Assembly (NCBI GenBank): GCA_963790795.1
Contig: CAWBPO010000001.1
Span: 332,073 to 396,072 of the forward strand
From: an uncultured bacterium
GTDB lineage: Bacteria > Patescibacteriota > Minisyncoccia > Minisyncoccales > RBG-13-42-11
Reading direction: 5' to 3'
DNA length: 64,000 nucleotides
Below the pieces are notes generated by a model, which saw only the letters and a program-made list of their open reading frames with translations, was not told the DNA's origin and made no database searches. The translations under genes and the position numbers were made by a program. Below, piece by piece: positions 19,847 to 28,064 of the stretch. Each line of letters opens with the position of its first letter. Within the stretch, counting starts at the first letter, position 1.

Positions 19847-20004
19847 TTTTGAGTTATCCACAGGCTTGACAGGTCATTGTGTGTTATAATATAACGAAGC
19901 TTGATATACTTTCTGCTTCATAGATAATTATAATAAGCAAAGTAAAATCCTACCTACAATGGTCGACGGGTAGTAGTTTAAATTTTAATAAAATTTTACA
20001 AGAA

Positions 20005-20643
20005 ATGGCAGAAAAAATTAAAAAACACAAAGATATAGTTTTTGTTTTGGGGATTGGATTGGTTTTAACTATAGCAGCAATAATAGGAACGTCAGGAATG
20101 ATAGCTATTCCTAATTTTGCTTCAGCTGCCACCACGGCCACAGTAGGAGTTACGGCAACGGTTGAGCCTTGGATTACTATTACGGCAGATCCAAATTCAG
20201 TAACCCTTTCTCCTTCTTTGGTTAACATAGGAGGCGGCACCAGTATTGGAAGCAGCACTCAAAACGTAGCTATAGATGTTGGAACTAACAGTGATAGCGG
20301 ATGGAGCGTCAGCATAAAAGGCGCTAATGATGGATTAGAATATAGCGCAACAGGCACTATTGCTTCAGTAGCAGCCAGCTCCACTCTTGTTGCGGGCACT
20401 GACGGCTATGGAGCCAATGCATCAACCACGCTAGCAGGCGTGACAATTGGTAGTTTGTATAGCGACTGGGGAACTGCTAAAGTCGGAGAAATAAAAACCG
20501 GAGGCCAAACCTTGGCAAGTAAAACTACTTCTCAGGCTTCGCAAACAATTGCCACTATGAAAGTTTATGCTGCCGCCACATCAACAAAGCCTTCCGGAAG
20601 CTATACTGACACCATCACCTTGACGGTTACTTCTGGTACATAA
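20005..20643 (+). CDS. WxL-like secreted/anchored surface protein, 212 aa
   Basis: N-terminal hydrophobic anchor and a Thr/Ser/Gly-rich beta body. VGTNSDSGWSVSIKG and the C-terminal SGSYTDTITLTVTSGT resemble the two signature regions of Gram-positive WxL-domain proteins. Adjacent to a DUF916-like gene. Confidence 0.55.
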   Translation: MAEKIKKHKDIVFVLGIGLVLTIAAIIGTSGMIAIPNFASAATTATVGVTATVEPWITITADPNSVTLSPSLVNIGGGTSIGSSTQNVAIDVGTNSDSGWSVSIKGANDGLEYSATGTIASVAASSTLVAGTDGYGANASTTLAGVTIGSLYSDWGTAKVGEIKTGGQTLASKTTSQASQTIATMKVYAAATSTKPSGSYTDTITLTVTSGT

Positions 20644-20703
20644 TTACTCCTCCAAAAAGCAGGTTGATTGATTGCATCACTAATTTATAAACAAATTAAT
20701 TAA

Positions 20704-21621
20704 ATGAAAAAAAGAATTTTCTTTCTATTGTTGTGTTTAATTATTGGAGGAGTAATTTTTGGTCAAAATGCTTTGGCGCAGTTTTCTATTGGGATTTCAC
20801 CTTTGATTTTTGAGATAACTGGCAATCCCGGTGATCTAATTGAAAACTATATAAAAGTTTATAATCCGAGCGGGGATTCGGTGATTCAAATTGAAATGCA
20901 GGTTGAAGACATTGCGCCAACAGGAGAGGCAGGCCAAGTGATTGTGGAACCGGCTGAAACGGAAAGTTATTCCATTACCAGATGGGTGACGATGGAACCG
21001 AGAGAATTTGAACTGCAGCCCGGAGAAGAAAAGTTTGTTAAATTTGCCATTCGAGTTCCGGAAAACGCGGAACCAGGCGGTCATTACGGAACGGTTTTGG
21101 CTGCTAGTAAGTCGGTGTCAAGCCCCGAAGGAACGGGAGTGGGAATAGTTACCAGAACGGGAAGTCTGGTTTTAATAACGGTTCCAGGGATAATGCAAGA
21201 AAAACTAGCGGTAAAGGATTTTAGCGCACCGCGTTATTCTGAACACGGGCCGATTCTTTTTGAAATAAAGTTTGAAAATCTGGGAACGATTCATGTCAGG
21301 CCAACGGGCTATGTAACCGTTACTAATTGGCTGGGTCAAAAAGTGGGCGATGCTGAAATCATTCCCCGCAATGTTCTTCCAAAGGGGGTAAGAAAATTTG
21401 AAGCTTTTCTTTCCCAAAAATGGTTTTTTGCCGGAAAATACACCGCCACTTTAACCGGTAGTTATGGAATAAGCAATACTTCCTTGACGCCAGTTGTGAT
21501 TAATTTCTGGGTTTTTCCTTGGAAATTTGGAGCAGTAATTCTGGTGGTGCTAATATTGCTCATTTTGAGCAGACGGCGATGGGCAGCCGCTTTTAGAATT
21601 TTGATTAAAGGCGAGAAATAG
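20704..21621 (+). CDS. DUF916-like cell-surface protein with a C-terminal TM anchor
   Basis: Signal peptide, then FSIGISPLIFEITGNPGDLIENYIKVYNPSGDSV...FAIRVPENAEPGGHYGTVLAAS, a C-terminal TM helix (FGAVILVVLILLIL) and a basic tail. This architecture matches the DUF916/DUF3324 partners of WxL proteins. Confidence 0.6.
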   Translation: MKKRIFFLLLCLIIGGVIFGQNALAQFSIGISPLIFEITGNPGDLIENYIKVYNPSGDSVIQIEMQVEDIAPTGEAGQVIVEPAETESYSITRWVTMEPREFELQPGEEKFVKFAIRVPENAEPGGHYGTVLAASKSVSSPEGTGVGIVTRTGSLVLITVPGIMQEKLAVKDFSAPRYSEHGPILFEIKFENLGTIHVRPTGYVTVTNWLGQKVGDAEIIPRNVLPKGVRKFEAFLSQKWFFAGKYTATLTGSYGISNTSLTPVVINFWVFPWKFGAVILVVLILLILSRRRWAAAFRILIKGEK

Positions 21622-21701
21622 AAGTTAATTAGAAGCTAGAAAATATAAAAAGAAAATCGTTCAATATTCTATTTTGAGCGGTTTTTTGGTAAAATAAACA
21701 A

Positions 21702-22565
21702 ATGAAACTTGACGGAGGAATAAAAATATTAGTTTTAGTTTTATTGATAGCTTCGATTTTTTTCCCAATTTTAGGAAATGCCCAACAAATTGACATATCG
21801 GTGAGCGCAGAAGTAGGTGGTCCGGGCGCACCACCGCTTCCGCCTCTCGGAGGGATCTATATTCCACCCGAAACCGAAGTTATTTTTGAGGGCAGAGCTT
21901 ATCCTCTGGCTAATCTTACTATTTTAAAGAATAATACAGTTATAGCCACTTTAAAAGCCGAACAATCTGGCTTGTTCGAAAAAGAAATAAAAGGAATTGC
22001 CGGTGGTACTTATAATTTTTCCATTTTTGCTGAGGATACCGAAGGAAGAAAATCAGTGACTATAGGTTTCACCGTTTCAATTTTAGAGGGTAGAATTACT
22101 ACCGTCTCTGGAATTTTTATTCCACCAACTATTGAAGTTAGTCCAATTTCCATCAGAAAAGGTGAAATGCTTAATATTTTTGGTCAGGTTTTTCCTGAAA
22201 GCAAAGTTTATATTTTTGTTTTGCCAATAGCATTAACGATGGAAACAATTGGTTCAAGAGAGGGTAATTGGTCTTTAAAATTAGATACCACTTCATTGGA
22301 GACGGGAGAGCATAAAGTAAAAGCTAAATCTTTTTTTGGAGAAGGGGAACAAAGTGAATTTTCTGGAGAAATACCTTTCGAAGTATCAATTATTTGTAAA
22401 GGAGCAGATTTAAATTTTGATGGAGCAATAAATGTCTTTGATTTTTCAATTTTACTTCATTGGTGGGAAGCGAAAAACCTTCCTCACTCCTGTGTTGACA
22501 TTAATTTCGATAAAATTGTTGATGTTATTGATTTTTCAGTAATGATGCACTATTGGACTGACTAA
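21702..22565 (+). CDS. Secreted Ig-like repeat protein with a C-terminal dockerin-like module
   Basis: Signal peptide. The C-terminus has two EF-hand-like segments, DLNFDGAINVFDFSILL and DINFDKIVDVIDFSVMM, typical of type I dockerins. Confidence 0.6.
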   Translation: MKLDGGIKILVLVLLIASIFFPILGNAQQIDISVSAEVGGPGAPPLPPLGGIYIPPETEVIFEGRAYPLANLTILKNNTVIATLKAEQSGLFEKEIKGIAGGTYNFSIFAEDTEGRKSVTIGFTVSILEGRITTVSGIFIPPTIEVSPISIRKGEMLNIFGQVFPESKVYIFVLPIALTMETIGSREGNWSLKLDTTSLETGEHKVKAKSFFGEGEQSEFSGEIPFEVSIICKGADLNFDGAINVFDFSILLHWWEAKNLPHSCVDINFDKIVDVIDFSVMMHYWTD

Positions 22566-22591
22566 ATACTATTTCCTAAGCTAAATTAAAA

Positions 22592-23728
22592 ATGCAAAAT
22601 TCAAAATTAAAATTTAAAATTAACTCCCCCTATTTTTTAGTTGTTATTTTTAGTATTTCTTTTTTAGCAATCCCTTTGGTAAGTCAATCTGCCACCCTTT
22701 ATTTTCAACCCCAAGCTCAAACTGTTTACCAAGGTGATTCTTTTATTATTGAAATAAGAATAAATACCGAAGGTGAAGAAATCAACGTCCTCGAGGCTAG
22801 TTTAACTTTCCCCCCAGATTTATCAGAAATAGTTGATTTTAATAAAGGAAATTCAATTTTAACCCTTTGGCCAAAAGAGCCGCAAACACAAAGGGGGGAA
22901 ATTAATTTTTTAGGTGGGACGTCGGAAGGTTTTAATGGCGATGGTTTAATAACTAAAATTATTTTTTTAGGAAAAGAAATTGGCCAAGCAAAAATTAATT
23001 TTAAAGAAGATTCAAAAGTTCTCTTAAATGACGGCATGGGCACGCCGGCTAAAGTTAGTTTGTCGGAAGGAAATTACGAAATTATTAAAAAAAGAGAGGG
23101 ATTGCCGGTAATTTCTTCTCAATCGCACCCTGATCAAAATAAATGGTATAAATCAAACACACTCTCCATTTATTGGGAACCTAGCCAAGGAGTTCAGTAT
23201 AATTATCTATTAAATAAAGATTTTTTGACTGAACCGGAAGAAATTTCTAATCAATTAATTGGTGACTTAGAATACAAAAATTTAGAAGACGGAATTTACT
23301 ACTTTATTTTAAAACAGAAATTACCGGGAGAAGATTGGTCAGCAAAAATCAGTTTTCGGGCAATGATTGATAAGGCGCCACCCGAACTCTTTCAGCCAAA
23401 AATCGGTAAAGACCCCTCGTTGTTTGAAGGAAAATATTTTTTAGGTTTCTTGACTACTGATAAATCTTCGGGAATAGATTATTATGAAATAAAGGAAGGA
23501 AAAAATAATTTTGAAAGAGAAGTCTCACCTTATCTTCTTTTAGACCAAAAACTGCAAAGCAAAATATTGGTGAAAGCCGTAGATAGGGCTGGCAATGAAC
23601 AAATTGCTGAGATTACTCCTCAACCAAAGCCATTTCCTTACTGGATAATTATTCTCATTTTCGGAGGAGCAGGAATAGTTTTTTGGTTGATAAGAAAATT
23701 AAAGTTCAAATATCAAAAAACGAAATGA
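22592..23728 (+). CDS. Cohesin-domain protein with a C-terminal membrane anchor
   Basis: The N-terminal domain ATLYFQPQAQTVYQGDSFIIEIRINTEGEEINVLEASLTFPPD...LITKIIFLGKEIGQAKINF looks cohesin-like. The HPDQNKWY domain follows, then a C-terminal TM helix (YWIIILIFGGAGIVFWLI). Confidence 0.6.
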   Translation: MQNSKLKFKINSPYFLVVIFSISFLAIPLVSQSATLYFQPQAQTVYQGDSFIIEIRINTEGEEINVLEASLTFPPDLSEIVDFNKGNSILTLWPKEPQTQRGEINFLGGTSEGFNGDGLITKIIFLGKEIGQAKINFKEDSKVLLNDGMGTPAKVSLSEGNYEIIKKREGLPVISSQSHPDQNKWYKSNTLSIYWEPSQGVQYNYLLNKDFLTEPEEISNQLIGDLEYKNLEDGIYYFILKQKLPGEDWSAKISFRAMIDKAPPELFQPKIGKDPSLFEGKYFLGFLTTDKSSGIDYYEIKEGKNNFEREVSPYLLLDQKLQSKILVKAVDRAGNEQIAEITPQPKPFPYWIIILIFGGAGIVFWLIRKLKFKYQKTK

Positions 23729-25030
23729 AATTTCAGAATTTAAAAATACTTTCCTATTTTATTTTGTTATTTTCTCTTTTAATTTTTACCTTTTGTATTT
23801 CAATTCAAAAAGTGAGAGCTGAAGGAGCTTCTTTATATTTTTCTCCAGCCTCGGGGGCTTTTCTTATTGGTAGTACTTTCGATGTTTCAGTTTTTGTTAA
23901 TACTAATGGAAATAATATTAATGCCGTTAAAGTTAATATTAAATTCGACCCTAAAAAAATTCAGGTAGCCAATCCAACGGCTGGTAAATCCTTTATTGAA
24001 GCCTGGGTTTCCCAGCCAACTTACTCCAACATTAAAGGAACAATGAGTTTTACCGGAGGGGTGCCCTCACCGGGAATAAACGCTTCAGCTGGTTTGGTTT
24101 CTACGGTTACTTTTCGAGCCATCTCTCCTGGTCAGACCTCAATTTTCTTTTCAGATTCTTCCGCTCATTTAGACGATGGAAAAGGAACTGACATTTTAAC
24201 CTCAACTGGAAGGGGAGTTTATACCCTTTTAATTCCTCCACGGAAGGACCAAAAGTTTTTTCTTTCACCCATCCCGATCAAAATAAATGGTATAACAATA
24301 ATAATCCCACTTTTTCCTGGGAAAAGAAGAAGGAGTGACTGATTTTAGCTACAGCCTTGACCATGACTCCTATGGAGTGCCAGATAATATTTCCGAGGGA
24401 GATAGTATCTCGGTTTCTTATACTGATTTGGAAGATGACTCTGGTTCTTCAATGTTAAAGCAAAAAAAGCAGAAAGCTCGGGAGGAACCAGCCATTATCT
24501 AGTTCAGATTGACACTACTTCTCCAGCTGATTTTCCTCTTGTTTTCGAACCGCCTCTAATGTCTCCTCGCCTTATTTCTAAAAATCCAATAATTACTTTT
24601 ATCACTACTGATGCCCTTTCTGGTATAAGCCATTACGAGTTAAAGACAGTTGATTTTTGCTAAAAGTGACGAAAAAGCAGAAGTTGGATTTTTTATAGAA
24701 ATAGCCAGTCCCTATAAACTACCTCTTCCTAATTTTGGAGAATATGAAGTAATAGTTAGAGTTTATGACCGAGCCAGCAACTGGCGGGATGTTTCAGAAA
24801 AAATTGAAGCTATTCTACCTGAAAAAGCATTTTTTGTCACCGAAAGCGGAGTAAATGTTTTTGGTATTTTTCTTTCTTGGTGGCGGGCAATGTTTATTCT
24901 TACCCTCTTAATTTCGGTTATTTTAGCGCTGGTTTTTCGATGGCGAAAAAGCCATAGACGTTTTGAGCGAAAGAAGAAGAGCTTTAAGAGAAATAAAAGA
25001 GAAGGCAGAAAAAAATGGAGCGGATGTTAA
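23725..25030 (+). pseudogene. Second cohesin-domain protein (paralog of 22592-23728), frame broken at least four times between ~24237 and ~24660
   Basis: Intact N-terminal cohesin-like domain (ASLYFSPASGAFLIGSTFDVSVFVNTNGNNINAVKVNIKFDP...). The continuation THPDQNKWYNNNNPTFSW / GVTDFSYSLDHDS / LWFFNVKAK..HYLVQIDTTSPADF / IFAKSDEKAEVGFFIEI lies in alternating frames. C-terminal TM helix. Confidence 0.55.
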
Positions 25031-25056
25031 AAGAAATTAGAAGAAACCAAACCAAT

Positions 25057-25754
25057 ATGAAAAAAATAATAATTCCTATTGTTATTGCTATACTATTTTT
25101 TTCCAATAGTTTATTTGCTCAAATAGAGCCTATTAAACCTCCTCAGATTATTATTTGGCCCGAGAGTTATGTGGCTGGGGAGGAGACGTTTTATCTTGAG
25201 GGGATAGCTCTTCCTGAAGCGGAAATTATAATTTCTTTGGAAAAGAAAAAAGAGAGCTTAAAAGATGGCAAACTTTGAGCAATGAAAAAGGAGAATGGTT
25301 TTTTTCTACCAAAGAGTTAATCGGCTCTGGCACTTATTATTTATCAGTTAAAGCTAAAGACAAAAAGGGAATGGAAGCGACATCTCAGACAGTTATCCTG
25401 TTAAATATCTTTGAGCGGTTTGTCTTTAGGGCCACTAAATTCACTTTTAAAATCTTAGTTTCGATTTTAGGTATATTTTTAGGATTAATTGTTGTTCTCG
25501 GTGGTTATTTTATTGGAAGCGCTCAGCGGACAAAAAAAATATTAAAAAAAGAAACCCGAGAGGCCAAAGAAAGTCTCCGTAATAATTTCGCCACTTTAAA
25601 AAAAGAAATAGAAAAAAGGATTGAATTGTTGGATTTCCAGCCCGGCTTTAATCCGGCAGAAAGAAAAGTTTGTGATGATTTAAAAGAGTTTCTAAAAACT
25701 GCCGAGGAATCGGTGAATAAAGAAATTAAAGATATCGAAAAAGAACTCGAATAA
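25057..25754 (+). pseudogene. Signal-peptide / TM / coiled-coil protein, one frame break in an A-rich run (~25241-25275)
   Basis: MKKIIIPIVIAILFFSNSLFAQ...EAEIIISLEKKK continues in another frame as ...WQTLSNEKGEWFFSTKELIGSGTYYLSVKAKDKKG..., followed by a TM helix and a C-terminal coiled coil. Confidence 0.5.
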
Positions 25755-25761
25755 GCCGTTT

Positions 25762-25789
25762 TTGAATTTGATACAAAACCCGCTATAAT
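25762..25789 (+). promoter_or_regulatory. Near-consensus promoter of an ORF-less transcription unit
   Basis: TTGAAT (25762-25767), 16 nt, then TATAAT (25784-25789). Confidence 0.55.
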
Positions 25790-25795
25790 TAAAGC

Positions 25796-26010
25796 AGGTT
25801 TAAATTTAATTAACGCGTTTAGATAAATAGATAAACTGAGTCTGGTTTTGTAAGAAATAGTGAGTAACAGAGTGGGGTAATGTCAATTAACTAATAGAGG
25901 GAAGTCTTATTGGTTCAACCATAGGAAATTTCTCCCAGAACCAAGTTCGAGCTAGGTCCCATCCTCGCAGGGGAGTCAACTATTTTCAAGCCGTAAGGGC
26001 TTGATTTTTT
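25796..26010 (+). ncRNA. Candidate ~215-nt non-coding RNA of unknown class
   Basis: Bounded by the promoter above and an intrinsic terminator. I saw no ORF longer than about 20 codons by eye. Possible long-range pairing GAGTCTGGTT / AACCAAGTTC. I could not match it to tmRNA, RNase P, SRP or 6S motifs from memory. Confidence 0.35.
25986..26010 (+). terminator. Intrinsic terminator
   Basis: TCAAGCC-GTAAG-GGCTTGA followed by TTTTTT. Its 3' half supplies the TTGATT -35 of the next promoter. Confidence 0.7.
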
Positions 26011-26028
26011 ACGTTCAAATAATAATAT
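26001..26028 (+). promoter_or_regulatory. Predicted promoter for small ORF 26057
   Basis: TTGATT (26001-26006), 16 nt, then TAATAT (26023-26028). Confidence 0.5.
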
Positions 26029-26056
26029 GAAATAAATTTCTCTTGAAAGGAGTAAA

Positions 26057-26212
26057 ATGGACAGAATAAAGAGTTCTTTAAAAATAATTTTAGATTCTAT
26101 CGGCGTATGGATTATAACGCCAATAATTATCGTTATTTCGGCAGTATTGTTATTGGTATTTTTCCCCGTATGGTTCCCATTACGGGATAGAATCGCAAAG
26201 TGGCTTGAGTAA
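26057..26212 (+). CDS. Small membrane protein, 51 aa (MDRIKSSLKIILDSIGVWIITPIIIVISAVLLLVFFPVWFPLRDRIAKWLE)
   Basis: Below the cutoff of the ORF track. SD AAAGGAG ends 7 nt upstream of the ATG. It has its own promoter and two predicted TM segments. Confidence 0.45.
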   Translation: MDRIKSSLKIILDSIGVWIITPIIIVISAVLLLVFFPVWFPLRDRIAKWLE

Positions 26213-26410
26213 ATTTGATGGCTCGGGCCGCTTTTTTATTTCGTAAAACAGGTTTTAACCTCATCTAACTAGGGGAGCTACAATTTTCGAGCCTGTTTTG
26301 GGTCATATAACCTATGAGTGGAGAACTGAAGAGCCGTTTTGCGTCATAATAACCAACGTAGTCGGACTTAAGTCGTGCCTCTTGTATTATCCGTCTTATC
26401 GGGCGGTTTT

Positions 26411-27298
26411 TTATTTTCTAACCTGTCTAACGATGGCAAAGGCGTCAGCCTGGCGGTTAGCGGAATATAGCAAGATGATGGCGATTTGGTTTCCATTGAC
26501 ATTGAATATAGAGGCTAGGGTTTGCTTAGCTTGGGGCAAATAGCCGGTTTTTCCGCCAATAAATTCGGAAAGAGGATAAAAATTGTTTACATTCTGGAAT
26601 TTAAGCAGCGTTCCCGTTGAATCGGGAAGCCAGAAGTTATTATCTTTGGTAATGCTTAAAATTTCCGGATGATTTTTAAGAATGTATATTAAGAGCTTGG
26701 CAAGGTTTGAGGCAGTAGAGCGGTTTGCAGGATTCAGTCCGTGCACGTCGTAAAAAACAGTGTTGGACATATTGAGCTCTTTTGCTTTTTGGTTCATCAG
26801 CTCAATAAATTTTTCTTTTCCCACAAAATACGACAAAGCTTCAGAAGCGTCATTTGTGGACTGAATAAGGCTGGCTTTGAGAAGATTTTCTGCACTGACA
26901 TTCAAGCCGAGAAAAAGAGATGGGCTTTGGCCTGAAGGCTCAAGCATTTTTTCCGTTAAGGTTATTGTTTGGTTCTCGTTAGTATTCTCAAGAGCAATAA
27001 CTGCTGTCATCAGCTTGGTAATGGAAGCCGGGACACAGGATTGGTTCGGGTTTTTCTGCAAAATAACTGAATTGTCAGAAAGGTCTACTGCCAGATATGA
27101 TTGGGCGTTAATTCCCTGTTGCAATTGGAAATTTGAAATTAGCGATTGGAAAACGGCAATCTCATACTTGATTATTTCTATCTGCTGGATTAATCTTGCC
27201 ATCGCCGTTTGATCGGCTGCTTTAGCTGCTTTTGAAGCAAGAGGCGAAAAAGCAAAGATTAGTATAAGAAATAAGAGAAAGGATATTTTGAATTTCAT
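26411..27298 (-). CDS. D-alanyl-D-alanine carboxypeptidase (PBP5/S11-type serine peptidase)
   Basis: Signal peptide, then the motifs SITK (ASITKLMTA), STN (LIQSTNDA) and KTG (GGKTGYLP). Confidence 0.8.
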   Translation of the reverse strand: MKFKISFLLFLILIFAFSPLASKAAKAADQTAMARLIQQIEIIKYEIAVFQSLISNFQLQQGINAQSYLAVDLSDNSVILQKNPNQSCVPASITKLMTAVIALENTNENQTITLTEKMLEPSGQSPSLFLGLNVSAENLLKASLIQSTNDASEALSYFVGKEKFIELMNQKAKELNMSNTVFYDVHGLNPANRSTASNLAKLLIYILKNHPEILSITKDNNFWLPDSTGTLLKFQNVNNFYPLSEFIGGKTGYLPQAKQTLASIFNVNGNQIAIILLYSANRQADAFAIVRQVRK

Positions 27299-27391
27299 AC
27301 TTTTATTCTACTATACCACTTAAATGATTAAAATCGCCGAGAGGGCGGTTTTTATTTTCTTTTTTCAGATAAAAATGATAATTTTATAATA

Positions 27392-27979
27392 ATGTACAGA
27401 AAAGACAGAAAACAGGATCCTTATACGATCTTGGCCCAAAAACAAGGATATCCTGCCAGGTCGGTTTATAAATTAAAGGAAATAAACGAAAAGTATAAGA
27501 TTATCAGGAAAGGAGATAGTGTTTTGGACTTGGGCTCTGTTCCCGGTTCCTGGCTTTTGTACATTTCTCAAAAAGTAGGAAACAAGGGCAGGGCAGTGGG
27601 CGTTGATACAGAAGATATTGAAATAACTAATAAGCCAAATATTTCATTTATTAAAAAAAACATCTTTGATTTGAAAGAATATGATTTCGAAGAAAAGTTC
27701 CAGGTAGTGGTTTCTGACTTGGCGCCCAAAACTTCTGGGTTAAAATTTCTTGATGCTAAGAAATCTTTGGAATTGGCAGAGAAATCTTTTGAAATCGCAA
27801 AATCGGTTTTAATGCCAGACGGAAATTTCGTCTGCAAAGTCTTTGAGAGCGAATCAAGCAATGAGCTTTTTAAAAAAGTGGAAGAGCATTTTGATTTTGC
27901 GAAAAGATTCAAGCCAAAAGCAGTGGTTAGAGCAAGCAAGGAATTCTACATTATTGGCAGGGGATTTAAGGGTTTTTAG
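27392..27979 (+). CDS. rlmE: 23S rRNA 2'-O-ribose methyltransferase RlmE (FtsJ)
   Basis: QGYPARSVYKLKEINEKYKIIRKGDSVLDLGSVPGSWLLY...AVGVD...VVSDLAPKTSG is the typical FtsJ/RlmE fold sequence. Confidence 0.8.
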   Translation: MYRKDRKQDPYTILAQKQGYPARSVYKLKEINEKYKIIRKGDSVLDLGSVPGSWLLYISQKVGNKGRAVGVDTEDIEITNKPNISFIKKNIFDLKEYDFEEKFQVVVSDLAPKTSGLKFLDAKKSLELAEKSFEIAKSVLMPDGNFVCKVFESESSNELFKKVEEHFDFAKRFKPKAVVRASKEFYIIGRGFKGF

Positions 27980-28064
27980 CTTGCGTACAGTTTTTTTAAA
28001 GGGTAAAATGAAAAAAGCTGTAATCGAAGGTTGAAAAAAGACGAGGAAAAGATATATTAAAACA

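Noticed and set aside
10164-19861. The two perfect DnaA boxes as a replication origin
   Set aside because: There are only isolated single boxes 9.7 kb apart, with no box cluster, no AT-rich unwinding element and no dnaA/dnaN context. Their position at promoters fits a regulatory site better.
25796-26010. Assigning the ORF-less unit to tmRNA, RNase P RNA, SRP RNA or 6S RNA
   Set aside because: I could not find the conserved cores I remember: the tRNA-like 3' end and tag ORF, GAGGAAAGTCC, or the GGAA-tetraloop domain IV. It is left as an unknown candidate RNA.
26244-26259. GGTTTTAAC / GGTTCTAAC motifs as integron attC core sites
   Set aside because: There is no integron integrase, no paired inverse core site with the expected spacing, and the first base does not fit RYYYAAC.
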